A stretch of 44,479 bases of DNA from Candidatus Eiseniibacteriota bacterium. Its GTDB lineage: Bacteria > Eisenbacteria > RBG-16-71-46. Below, piece by piece: positions 18,822 through 28,142 of this stretch (position 1 is the first letter of the stretch; every line of letters starts with the position of its first letter). The notes below the pieces were generated by a model that saw only the letters and a list, made by a program, of their open reading frames with translations, made no database searches and was not told the origin of the DNA. The translations under genes were made by a program, and so were the position numbers. Location of the stretch: the NCBI GenBank assembly GCA_031364845.1, contig JANLWX010000066.1, forward strand, positions 1 to 44,479, read 5' to 3'.

Positions 18822-19909
18822 GCGGTGCCGGGCTCACCGTCCTGATCATGGCCGGCGGCCGGGGCGAGCGTATGCTCGCCTCCGGTGTTCCGGTGACGAA
18901 GCCGCTCGTGCCCGTGCAGGGCGTGCCGTTGCTCGAGCGCAACCTGTGGTCGATCGCGCGCCTCGGTGTCGACCGCGTCGTGGTCTCGATTGCGCGCGGG
19001 GCCGATCCGATCGAAGCGTGCGCGCGCGAGGCGGGCGCTGCACTCGGCCGCGCGTCGTCATGGCCGCTGGAGGTGCTGGTCGAGGAGGCGCCGCTCGGCA
19101 ACATCGGCTGCGCGGGTGCCTTACGCGGTCGCGCGCGCGAGGTGCTGCTGCTCTACGCCGACAACCTGACGCTGCTGCCGCTCGACGATCTGCTCGCGCA
19201 CCATCGCGAATCCCGCGCCGATCTCACGCTCGCGACCCACCGCCAGACATTCCGCATGCCGTTCGGCGCGCTCGACCTCGCGCACGGGCGCGTGACCGGG
19301 TATCGGGAGAAGCCGGAGTCCGAGTACGTCGTGAGCAGTGCGGTGTGCGTGCTCGGTGCGGCGGCGCTCGACCGGCTCGAAGGACAGCCGGCCGGGCTCG
19401 CCGATCTCTCCGCGGCGTTGATCGGCGATGGAAACGTCGTGGTCGCGTACGAGCACGCGTCGCCGTGGATCGACGTCAACGACGCGGCCGGCGCGGCCGC
19501 CGCGGAGGCGATGGTGCGCGATCATCGCGCGGCGTTCGAATGCTGGGCGCCGCGCGTGGATGCCGCGCGCGCGCTGTGGATCGCGCGCGGGCCTTCGGGA
19601 TTCATCGCCGGGCATGGCGAAGGCGACGGCGTGCTGCCGGTCAAAGAGTGCGAGGATCGCGAGGACGCCGCGGCGCTGGTGGCGCGCATGCGCACCGCCG
19701 CGGGCCTTGCCGCCGTCTCTGAAACCGAGATCGTCGAGTTCGACGACGTGACTCCGGACGGACGCTTCGTGCGCACCTACGCTCACATCGACTCCGATCT
19801 GCCGCACGTTTCCCCGAAGCCCCCGTGGTCGTGGCGCTCCGAAGCGGGCGTCCTCCGTCAACCGGAGGCCGCGCGTGCGCTCGCGCGGGCGGGGCTTGGG
19901 AGTAGCTGA
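18818..19909 (+). CDS. Sugar-phosphate nucleotidyltransferase with a C-terminal extension (degenerate Nudix-like)
   Basis: IMAGGRGERM...KPLV, EEAPLGNIG, YADNL, YREKP, WIDVND; start re-called at ATG 18818. Confidence 0.85.
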   Translation: MSGAGLTVLIMAGGRGERMLASGVPVTKPLVPVQGVPLLERNLWSIARLGVDRVVVSIARGADPIEACAREAGAALGRASSWPLEVLVEEAPLGNIGCAGALRGRAREVLLLYADNLTLLPLDDLLAHHRESRADLTLATHRQTFRMPFGALDLAHGRVTGYREKPESEYVVSSAVCVLGAAALDRLEGQPAGLADLSAALIGDGNVVVAYEHASPWIDVNDAAGAAAAEAMVRDHRAAFECWAPRVDAARALWIARGPSGFIAGHGEGDGVLPVKECEDREDAAALVARMRTAAGLAAVSETEIVEFDDVTPDGRFVRTYAHIDSDLPHVSPKPPWSWRSEAGVLRQPEAARALARAGLGSS

Positions 19910-19931
19910 TCCGGTGACGCCCGCCGGACGC

Positions 19932-21134
19932 ATGCGGTGCGCGGTGTTCGGCGGCGGACCCTATGTCCTGCGCCTGCTCGCGCTGATGGCGCATGAGCGC
20001 GGTCTTCCGGCGATCGACTGGGCGCTGGTCGCCACACGGCCCGGCCCTCTGAAGACGGTGGCGGATCGCGCGCGGATGGATCTGCGCGTCACGCAACCGG
20101 AGTGGACGGTATTCGACACGCTCGATCCGGAGCGGGCGCTCGCGGGGGCCGATGCGATCGTCGTGCTCGTTCGCTCCGGCGGACTGAGCGCGCGCGAGTG
20201 GGACGAATCGTTTCCCGCGCGCCACGGACTCATCGGGGACGAAGGCGTCGGCATCGGCGGCATGGCAGACGCCTGGCGGACGCTGCCGATGTTCGATGAT
20301 CTCGCGCGCCGCATCCGCGCAAACGCGCCGCGCGCGTTTGTGTTCAATCTGACCGCGCCACTCGGGATCACGACCCGTGTCCTGCTCGATCACGAACTCG
20401 CGACGATCGGCGTCTGCGAACTGCCACAGACGACACGCGATCGGCTTGGCGGCGGGGATGAGGACCTCGAGTACGGCGGCCTCAACCACCTCGGATGGTT
20501 CTGGCCGCGCGCCGCCGCGGGACACGCGCTGCTCGAGGACGCGATCGATCGGGGGCTCGTCGAGCGCGCGACGTACGACCACTTCGGGGCGGCGCCGTTG
20601 TCCTACTACTACGACGTCTACGATCCCGCCGCGGCGGCGCGCCTCGGCCGGTCACGGCCGCCCGGTCGCGCGCAGGCGCTGGCGCGGCTCAAGGAAGGAA
20701 TCCATCACGCGCTGCGCGAACAGCCGGCCGCGGTGGCCGGCCGTATCGAGGAACGTGCGACGCCGTGGTTCGAACACGCGCTGGTTCCCGCACTCGCGGC
20801 GGCACTGCGCGGGGAGCCGCACGAGACCTTCGGGAATCTCGCGAACCTGGCGTCGTGGTCGGAACTCCCGCCGCGCGCGGTCGTCGAGCATCGACTGCGA
20901 ACCGGCCACGGCGCGGTGACCGGGATTCCGCCGGGCGCGCCGCCGCCGCGCGTCGCCGAATTCCTCGCCCGCGTTTCCGCGAGCGAGCAACTTCTCTACC
21001 GGGCGGCGCAGCAGCGCGATCACCGCCTCCTCGCGGAAGCGATCGCGGCTCAGCCGCTACCGATCCCCGCTGCGCGAATTCCCGAGATCCTCGCCGATCT
21101 CGTCGCCGCGCCGGGAGCGATCGGACCGTCGTAG
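19932..21134 (+). CDS. Glycoside hydrolase family 4-like NAD+/Mn2+-dependent enzyme (6-phospho-glucosidase-like, divergent)
   Basis: VFGGG, RSGGLSAREWDESFPARHGLIGDEGVGIGG..AWRTLP, NLTAP, GVCELP, GLNHLGW, LSYYY, AVVE. Confidence 0.85.
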   Translation: MRCAVFGGGPYVLRLLALMAHERGLPAIDWALVATRPGPLKTVADRARMDLRVTQPEWTVFDTLDPERALAGADAIVVLVRSGGLSAREWDESFPARHGLIGDEGVGIGGMADAWRTLPMFDDLARRIRANAPRAFVFNLTAPLGITTRVLLDHELATIGVCELPQTTRDRLGGGDEDLEYGGLNHLGWFWPRAAAGHALLEDAIDRGLVERATYDHFGAAPLSYYYDVYDPAAAARLGRSRPPGRAQALARLKEGIHHALREQPAAVAGRIEERATPWFEHALVPALAAALRGEPHETFGNLANLASWSELPPRAVVEHRLRTGHGAVTGIPPGAPPPRVAEFLARVSASEQLLYRAAQQRDHRLLAEAIAAQPLPIPAARIPEILADLVAAPGAIGPS

Positions 21135-21281
21135 GCGCCACCTCCGCGTGCATGCCGCAAGTGGTCCGCGTGCATCGTGCATGAAGGTGGCGCCACGCCC
21201 GCGCGCCGATTGCGGGTTCGGGACCACGCAACTCGAGCGATTCACGCGAGTTCCTCCAACCCCTCCGGATCGCGCCGTCCG

Positions 21282-21297
21282 CGGCCCGTCCAATGCA
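21282..21297 (+). promoter_or_regulatory. Possible sigma-54 promoter of the downstream secreted-protein gene
   Basis: CGGCCCG-TCCA-ATGC, GG-N10-GC; weaker match in a GC-rich background. Confidence 0.25.
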
Positions 21298-21433
21298 TTG
21301 CGCTGCGCGGCGCTCCGCCGCCGGGGATGATCCTTTCGGTCCGCACCTCGCTCACCCTCTCGAGGAACACCATGCCTGCTGTCGTGCACCGCCGTGCACC
21401 GCGACACGCGAGAATCCATACGTCGGTGGCCGC

Positions 21434-22867
21434 GTGAACGCGCTCGCCACGAACCCGCGCGCCCGGACGCTGGCCTTCGTGCTCGCGATCGCGGCCGGCC
21501 TCACGCCGGTGACCGCCTCGGCGCGCGTCCTGCCCGGCTTCATCGACATGATGACCGACTCCAACCGCATCGTGTCGCGGCCCTCGACGGTGCGTCCTTC
21601 GTATCTGATCCCGGTCACCGAGCCGACGTTCGGCACGCAACTGATGCGGATCGCCGGCAACACGGGGACCTCGATCGGCGGCGGGGTGTCGGGGACATGG
21701 GGCAGCGACGTGCGGCACCACTACTCGAAAGAACAGCCGTGGAACGCGGACGGCTCGCTGATGGCGATCTTCAACGGCAGCGACATCGTGTTCCTCGACG
21801 GTGAGACGTATCAGCCGAAGTTCGCACGCTGCGACAACTACCCGCAGAACGACGACCGCTGGCACCCGAGCCTCGCGCACAAGAACGAGCGCATCAACGT
21901 GCGCGGCACCCAGTTGATCTGGCACGACGTCGTGAATTGCGTGAGGACCCGCGAGTGGACGCTGCCGTTTTCCGTCAACGACTTCGGTCCGAGCGAAGGC
22001 AACACGTCGAACGACGGACGCTACATCGCGCTCACCGACGGCGCGCGGATGTTCGTGGTCGACATGGATCCGCAGGCACCACTGGCTCCCTATCCGTCAT
22101 CGCGCATCGGCCCTTCGGTCCGCATCGACGAATGCGGGTTGTCCGGCGGATGCCGGATCGACTGGATCTCGATGTCGGCATCCGGCAAGTACGTCGTCAT
22201 CAACTACAACGGCGACCATCCGCGCGTGTTCGATGTGAACCCGTCCACGCTCGAGCTCACGCCACGCGTGATGCCGTCGGGATCTCCGCGCTGTTCGGGC
22301 GGAGCGGCCGCCAAAGGCTTCATCTACGACGTCGGGCATTCCGACATGACGCTGAATCCGTTCGACGGCAACGAGGACGTGATCATCGGCCAGGAGCACT
22401 GCGGTAATCAGGGCAGCACCGTCAACGGACAGCTCATGGGCGGCGTGGCGATGGTCCGCCTCAAGGACGGCGTGGTCACCTCGCTGACGAATCCCGACCA
22501 GGAGGACAACCCGCACCACATCTCGACCCGCAACTACGACCGTCCCGGATGGGCCTATGTCGGTTATCGCGTCGACCACAACGGCAAGTACACCGACGAA
22601 ATCATCGCGGTGAAGATGGACGGCAGCAAGACCGTGCAGCGGTTCGCGCACAAGCACAGCGCGTTCGAATCCGACTACCGCAGCGAGTCGCACGCGGTGC
22701 CCTCGCGCGACGGGCGGCGTGTGGTGTTCGGAAGCAACTGGACCCGCAACTGTCTCTCGTGCGGTTCGTCCTCGGACATCAAGCCGTTCCTCGTCGACGC
22801 ACGGAGCGGTGTCGTCGTGCCCGACCTGATTCCCCCCGACGCGATCACGGACCTCGAGTTGCCCTGA
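21434..22867 (+). CDS. Secreted beta-propeller-like hypothetical protein
   Basis: Signal peptide (RTLAFVLAIAAGLTPVTASA); blade-like motifs YSKEQPWNADGS, SNDGRYIAL, MSASGKYV, HAVPSRDGRRVVFGSNW; start uncertain (GTG 21434). Confidence 0.7.
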   Translation: MNALATNPRARTLAFVLAIAAGLTPVTASARVLPGFIDMMTDSNRIVSRPSTVRPSYLIPVTEPTFGTQLMRIAGNTGTSIGGGVSGTWGSDVRHHYSKEQPWNADGSLMAIFNGSDIVFLDGETYQPKFARCDNYPQNDDRWHPSLAHKNERINVRGTQLIWHDVVNCVRTREWTLPFSVNDFGPSEGNTSNDGRYIALTDGARMFVVDMDPQAPLAPYPSSRIGPSVRIDECGLSGGCRIDWISMSASGKYVVINYNGDHPRVFDVNPSTLELTPRVMPSGSPRCSGGAAAKGFIYDVGHSDMTLNPFDGNEDVIIGQEHCGNQGSTVNGQLMGGVAMVRLKDGVVTSLTNPDQEDNPHHISTRNYDRPGWAYVGYRVDHNGKYTDEIIAVKMDGSKTVQRFAHKHSAFESDYRSESHAVPSRDGRRVVFGSNWTRNCLSCGSSSDIKPFLVDARSGVVVPDLIPPDAITDLELP

Positions 22868-22971
22868 GTCACGGGTGCGGCCGCTTGCCGGGCGTGCGCC
22901 GCGGGCGCTAGCGTTCGTGGTATGAGCCGCCCGTTCCCTCCTCCGTACCCGCAGGCGGCGGAGTGCGCCGC

Positions 22972-23715
22972 ATGCTGAGCATCGAGTTCGCCGGCTGCAC
23001 GGGGGCCGGCAAGACCACGCTCGCACGCGAGACGCGCGCCGCGATGGAGTCGCGCGGCATCCCGGTGTTCACGCCGTTCGAGCTGGTGTTCGGACGCCGC
23101 GCGCGGGCAATCGTCCGCGACGAACGGACGCAGAACCTGATGCTCGACGTCGTGTTGCTTCCGTTCGCGCTGGCGTTCTGCGTGAGGCACACGCCGGTCA
23201 CGTGGCTGCTGCTCTCCCATTTGCTGTGGCGCCCGCCGCCGCCGGTCCGCGCCGCGGCACGGCTGCGCAGCATCGTCGCCAAGATGGGGGTCCACACGCT
23301 GCACCGCGTGTTCCGGGCGCGGCCGGGCGTGGTGCTGATCGACGAGGGCATGCTGCACTCGGTCCATCATGTGTTCGTCTACACCGCAACGACCGCGACC
23401 GCGCCGACGCTCGAGGCGTTCGCATCGCGGGTCCCGCTGTGCGACCTCGTCGTCATCGTGAACGCCACGGTCGAGGAGATCGTGGCCACGACTGCGACAC
23501 GGCCCGACCCGCCCATTCGCAACGCGGAACCCGCGTGGGTCGCCGAGTCGGCACGCCGGGCGCTCGAGATGTTCGAAGTGCTCGGGCGCCACGAACGCAT
23601 TCGCCGCGTCTCCACCGATCTTCGCTTGAGTCCGGGCGGAGCCGCCCAGGCGGGAGCGGCAACGCTCGTGACGGATCGCGCTTCGGCGCTGCTGCGAGAG
23701 CGGCGCGGGCGCTGA
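22972..23715 (+). CDS. P-loop NTPase / nucleotide-kinase-like protein
   Basis: IEFAGCTGAGKTT Walker A, VVLIDEG Walker-B-like, DLVVIV; one hydrophobic stretch. Confidence 0.7.
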   Translation: MLSIEFAGCTGAGKTTLARETRAAMESRGIPVFTPFELVFGRRARAIVRDERTQNLMLDVVLLPFALAFCVRHTPVTWLLLSHLLWRPPPPVRAAARLRSIVAKMGVHTLHRVFRARPGVVLIDEGMLHSVHHVFVYTATTATAPTLEAFASRVPLCDLVVIVNATVEEIVATTATRPDPPIRNAEPAWVAESARRALEMFEVLGRHERIRRVSTDLRLSPGGAAQAGAATLVTDRASALLRERRGR

Positions 23716-23759
23716 GCGCGAATCGTGCGGCGGCTCGGCGGCCAGCGTGCGGACGATCG

Positions 23760-25565
23760 CTAGCGCATCACGATCAGTTTCAACACGCGCTCGGTGCCGC
23801 GGGCTCGCGCGCGGACGAGCACGATCCCCGAAGGCACATCACGGCCGGCCTCGTCGCGCCCGTCCCAGCGTACGGCCGCGCCGTTCGCCGGCAGCTCGAT
23901 CGTGCGCAGGCGCCGGCCGCTGAGATCGATCAGCACCAGCTCGTTCGAGCCCTCAGATCCCGGCCACGAGGCGGACAGATTCAGGCTTCCGCCGCGATAG
24001 GGAGTGGGCCACGCTCGGAGCGTGCCTGCCGCTGCAAGCTCCGGCACGGCGAGCGTGGCGTGAACCGGATGGATCATCCGGTACAGCACGTTGCGCATGA
24101 GCTGCTGCGCACCGAGATTCACCATCGGAACGTGATCCAGCACCCCCGGATGATCGTCGAGCGCCCAGCTCCACTGCAGCGTTCCGCTCGAGAACACGAT
24201 CGCGTTGTGGCGCGTGACGATCGCCATGTCGGAGTAGCCGCGAAGCAGGCCGCCGATCGTCACCGCAGAGCGTGCCAGGATCTCGGTCCAGTGGGGTGAG
24301 TCCAGATACAATCGATCGCATTCGTGTCCGAGCAGCCCGAACCAGTGCGTGCCCGCGGAGGCTCCGGTCGCATGAAACGCCCACTTCGGTTTGCCGGTGA
24401 CGACGAGATCCTGAGCCATCGAGATCTCGCCGTTGAACAGCGGGTCGAACTGGACTCCCATCATCCGTGCTTCCGGACGATTGACCCGCGGGTCGCGCCA
24501 CCAGGCCGTGATGAGCGAATCGTTCGAGGGATCGGAATCGAGAGCGAACGGATCGCGCGTCATGGCGGAGTGCTTGTATCCGACCAGCGTGCGGTTTTCG
24601 CGGCCGAGGCGATCGGGCTCGAGCCGCACCTGCCAGAACGACGACCCGCCTCCGAGAAACGCCGTGCTCACCGTGTCGGCCGACTGCTCGACGTGATCGC
24701 GCATCTGCGACGTCCAGTATTCGTCGTGGGCGGTCGACAGGAGCGCGCGATGGTTCGTGAGAAGCCCGCTGTCGGCGTGCAGATCCACGTTGGTGGCATA
24801 GCTGACGTCGTAGCCTTCGCGCTCCAGCCAGCGCACGAGCTGGATCTCGTAATAGAAGAAATCGCCCGCGCCGTGGGACTGTGTATAGGGCCGGTTGTAG
24901 GAGACTTTGACTGCGGGCTCGCAGTAGGTGCTGCTGAAGGCGTAGAGCGACTTTCCGCCCCAGCAGTTGTACGCCTGATAGGTGTGCGTGCTCAGGGTCA
25001 CAAGCAGATCGGAATGGCGCGCATCCTCGCGCACCACGAAGATCACGTAGTTCTGAGTGTTGGTCTGTCCGGAGGTGAGCACGGCCAGATAGACGCCGCT
25101 CACCCAGGTCCCGGGAACGGACATCTCGAACGGCTCGGACCATTCGCAATCCACGAGCCCCGTCAGCGGATCGGGGGGCGGCGATGGCTGCCGGCCGCCG
25201 GCGCGCAGGATCGGCCCGAACTGCAGGCGCGCTCCATCACCGTCGTACCAGCCGACCCGATAGATGCGTACCCGGTAGTCGGTCTCGTCGCAGCTCACGT
25301 AGATGCGAAGTGTGTCGCCCGCGACATAGCTGGTCCGTGACGCGTAGCCTTCGATCAGCCTCCGCGCACCGGTGTTGGACCCGCACCCGGCGGAGGGGCA
25401 TCCCCCGCCGGCACCTGCGTTCTGCAGCACCCAGGCCGTGGTGCCCGTGAGGCGATTCTCAGCCGCGGTCGGGTTGTCGGCAAAGGCGCACTGCGCGGTC
25501 ATCGCCAGCAGCAACAGGGCGATGGCCGTGCAGGCAGAGGGCGCGGTGCGGCACCGGGGAGTCAT
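23760..25565 (-). CDS. N,N-dimethylformamidase beta-subunit-like (DUF6605-type) secreted protein with FlgD-Ig/T9SS-like CTD
   Basis: ENRL.GT..W, IEGYA, W.SGVYLA, TYQAYN.WGGKSLY, VSYNRP, WLEREGYDV.Y, HDEYW; start 25565 or 25598. Confidence 0.8.
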   Translation of the reverse strand: MTPRCRTAPSACTAIALLLLAMTAQCAFADNPTAAENRLTGTTAWVLQNAGAGGGCPSAGCGSNTGARRLIEGYASRTSYVAGDTLRIYVSCDETDYRVRIYRVGWYDGDGARLQFGPILRAGGRQPSPPPDPLTGLVDCEWSEPFEMSVPGTWVSGVYLAVLTSGQTNTQNYVIFVVREDARHSDLLVTLSTHTYQAYNCWGGKSLYAFSSTYCEPAVKVSYNRPYTQSHGAGDFFYYEIQLVRWLEREGYDVSYATNVDLHADSGLLTNHRALLSTAHDEYWTSQMRDHVEQSADTVSTAFLGGGSSFWQVRLEPDRLGRENRTLVGYKHSAMTRDPFALDSDPSNDSLITAWWRDPRVNRPEARMMGVQFDPLFNGEISMAQDLVVTGKPKWAFHATGASAGTHWFGLLGHECDRLYLDSPHWTEILARSAVTIGGLLRGYSDMAIVTRHNAIVFSSGTLQWSWALDDHPGVLDHVPMVNLGAQQLMRNVLYRMIHPVHATLAVPELAAAGTLRAWPTPYRGGSLNLSASWPGSEGSNELVLIDLSGRRLRTIELPANGAAVRWDGRDEAGRDVPSGIVLVRARARGTERVLKLIVMR

Positions 25566-25610
25566 GGCAGCAGAAATGATCTCCCGCGTTGCGGACAATG
25601 TCCATGGCTA

Positions 25611-27920
25611 CTATCGCTGCCACGCGTACGAAATCTTCGTGAACCACTGGCGGGCCGAATTCTCGAGCTCATCGGTCGACTCGAGAAACGTCCGGTTGTC
25701 GCCGAATCCGGCGTACAACACGGTCTGCCAGTTGAGCTTGTAGGCGAACAGAGCCGAGGTGCTGAAGCTCGCGTCCTTCTCGCCGATCGCGAACGTGTAG
25801 AGCGACGTGTCACGCCGCGTCTGGACGTACTGCCCGATCACGCGCAGGAACGACCGCGAGTTGAAGGAATACGTCGCGCGCACGCGCTCGACTTCGGCGG
25901 TGAACAGCCGGCCCGATCGTCCGTCCGCGTTCACGTCGATGAAGCGGCGGCTCGCATCGCCGCGCAGTTCGAGGTGATCGCTCGGCCGCACCGACATGCT
26001 GCCGACCAGGGTGAGCCCGTGCGCCTTGCGCCCGTTCGCGAAGTCGATCTCCTCGCCCGCATACGCGTCGAGCGAAACGAAGTTGAGGATGCGCCCGGGG
26101 CTCGACTCGACGTAGAACCGCGGGCGGAACCGGTCGAGCACCTGATTGCCGACGCGGAAGTCGTCGCGATTGAGCTCGACGCGGATGAAGCTGTTGAGCT
26201 TGCCGTCCATTCCCGAGCCCACCGAAATTCTGCGGTTGAGCAGCCGCCCGTCCGGATCGCCGTCGAAGTAGTTGACCGTGAAGAAGCGCACGCGCGAGAG
26301 GAACTTGTCCTTGGGCCGGATCGTGTAGCCACCTTCGGCGTACGCTTCGCGATATCCCACGTTCGGCATGAAGCCGTTGTCGGCGCGGAAGTTCTTCCCG
26401 ATGTCCTGCACCTGGACGAACCAATCGGGATGTGGCGTCGAGTGCGACCAGTTGAGCGTGACGGCGTGGTCTTGAAGTCGACGCCGGTCCCACTCCGCCG
26501 CGAGGTCCGGACGATTCGGCGTGCGGCTGTCACTCCACAGCGCCTGCCCCGTGAAGGAATCGGACGGCCGCGGGCGCCACTGCGCGTCGGGCCCGAACAC
26601 CACGTTGTGTCCGCCACCGTCGACCTCGCGCCCGGTCACGAGGAAACTTCCGAACGAGTTGCCGCGATCCTGCCGCACACGCGCGACACCCACGCGCGAC
26701 TTGAAGTCCTGGAGCGCGAAATCCGACCCCTGCGGCCCCGGCAGGATCACGAGCCCGCCGCCGCGGTCCTCGGTGACGAGTGCGGTGTACGCGGTCGATC
26801 CGAACTTGCCGGTCGCTCGCAGCCCGGCGCGCGGCGCCGTGATCGTGCGCGTGTAGACCGCCTGCATCGGAGTCGAAAGCAGGTCGACGCCCTCGAGGAA
26901 GAACGGCCGCTTCTCCGCGAAGAACAGCGCGAAACGCTCGTTCGCCGTGATCTGTGCCGCGTCGGACTCGACCTGCGAGAAGTCCGGATTGAGCGTGCCG
27001 TCGATCGCGGTGTTCGCGAGCGGATTCCACTTCACGTCCACACCCGTGTCGGTCTCGATCTTGTCGTCCTCGAGCGGCGTGCCGAGCCCCTCGCGCGGCG
27101 CACTGTTGCGGCCGGCGGTTGCGAACGGCGCCACCACCAGGTGCTGGCCCTTCGGCAGATTCGAAAGTCCCTTGAGCGGGCTCGAGTTGCAGATGAAACA
27201 GTTCACATCGCGCGGCAGCCGGGTGCTGAAGAACTGATAGCGGCGATCGCGCGGGTAGTTGCGATAGAGCAGCACGCCCCACGTCGGCTCGGCGCCCTCG
27301 CTGTAGCGCAGTGACGAAAACGGAATGCGGATCTCGAGCGACCATCCGGTCGCGGTGATCCTGCCCGCGGACTCCCAGAAGAAATCGGGCGCGTTGTCTT
27401 CGCCCGAGACATCGCTGCTGATCGCGTCGTACTGCACGCCGTTCGGATTCGACAGGAACATCTGCGCGGTCTTGCCGTCGTTGCGGCTGTCGAGGATCAC
27501 GCCCGCGTAGTCGGTCGACGAGGGCACGGCGTCGTGATCGCCGATCGGCGCGCGCACCGCGCCCGGCGCCGGATCGTCGAACGCGAAACCCGCATAGAAG
27601 TATTTGTCGTCGTAGGCGAGGTAGGCGACGTTCTTCACCTGCGGCTCGACGTTGTCCCCGACCCGCGTTTCGTACCACTGCGTGATCGCGGGCACGGTCT
27701 GCCACGCGGCTTCGGTGAGGTCGCCGTCCACGGTGATCGGTCCTTGGATGCGCTGGATCGAGAGCGCTGGGCCGGGAGTCGGGGCGGCGGCGTTCGCGCG
27801 ACCCGCAGCCAGCGAGGCCAGCACCAGGATCGCGGCAACCACGAACCGGATCCGGGCCGCAGTGGAACCGGCAGCCGAGGAAGGGATCACGCGAATCAGC
27901 GAGATGTAGCGTTCATTCAT
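25611..27920 (-). CDS. CBM9-like sugar-binding domain + DUF5916 outer-membrane protein
   Basis: ITVDGDL.E..W, W..EIRIPFSSLRY, NPDFSQVESD, EKRPFFLEG, C-terminal KISYAW; GGAG RBS before ATG 27920. Confidence 0.85.
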   Translation of the reverse strand: MNERYISLIRVIPSSAAGSTAARIRFVVAAILVLASLAAGRANAAAPTPGPALSIQRIQGPITVDGDLTEAAWQTVPAITQWYETRVGDNVEPQVKNVAYLAYDDKYFYAGFAFDDPAPGAVRAPIGDHDAVPSSTDYAGVILDSRNDGKTAQMFLSNPNGVQYDAISSDVSGEDNAPDFFWESAGRITATGWSLEIRIPFSSLRYSEGAEPTWGVLLYRNYPRDRRYQFFSTRLPRDVNCFICNSSPLKGLSNLPKGQHLVVAPFATAGRNSAPREGLGTPLEDDKIETDTGVDVKWNPLANTAIDGTLNPDFSQVESDAAQITANERFALFFAEKRPFFLEGVDLLSTPMQAVYTRTITAPRAGLRATGKFGSTAYTALVTEDRGGGLVILPGPQGSDFALQDFKSRVGVARVRQDRGNSFGSFLVTGREVDGGGHNVVFGPDAQWRPRPSDSFTGQALWSDSRTPNRPDLAAEWDRRRLQDHAVTLNWSHSTPHPDWFVQVQDIGKNFRADNGFMPNVGYREAYAEGGYTIRPKDKFLSRVRFFTVNYFDGDPDGRLLNRRISVGSGMDGKLNSFIRVELNRDDFRVGNQVLDRFRPRFYVESSPGRILNFVSLDAYAGEEIDFANGRKAHGLTLVGSMSVRPSDHLELRGDASRRFIDVNADGRSGRLFTAEVERVRATYSFNSRSFLRVIGQYVQTRRDTSLYTFAIGEKDASFSTSALFAYKLNWQTVLYAGFGDNRTFLESTDELENSARQWFTKISYAWQR

Positions 27921-28142
27921 GGCGGCTCCATCGTGGCAGCGGTAGTGTCGGGTTTCGATCTCCACAGGCGAAGCATGCCAACACGCGCAGGGTCATGGGC
28001 GTGTCATGCCCGCCATAACCCCTCCCAGCGCGGCAAGTTGCGCTCATGGTCGCGGCAATTGTGCGGGCCGGATGCGTGCCGGTTCCGGCAAAGAAATCGC
28101 CCGCCTGGCGACGGCCGGGCGGGCGATGGAATCGAGCAGCGA

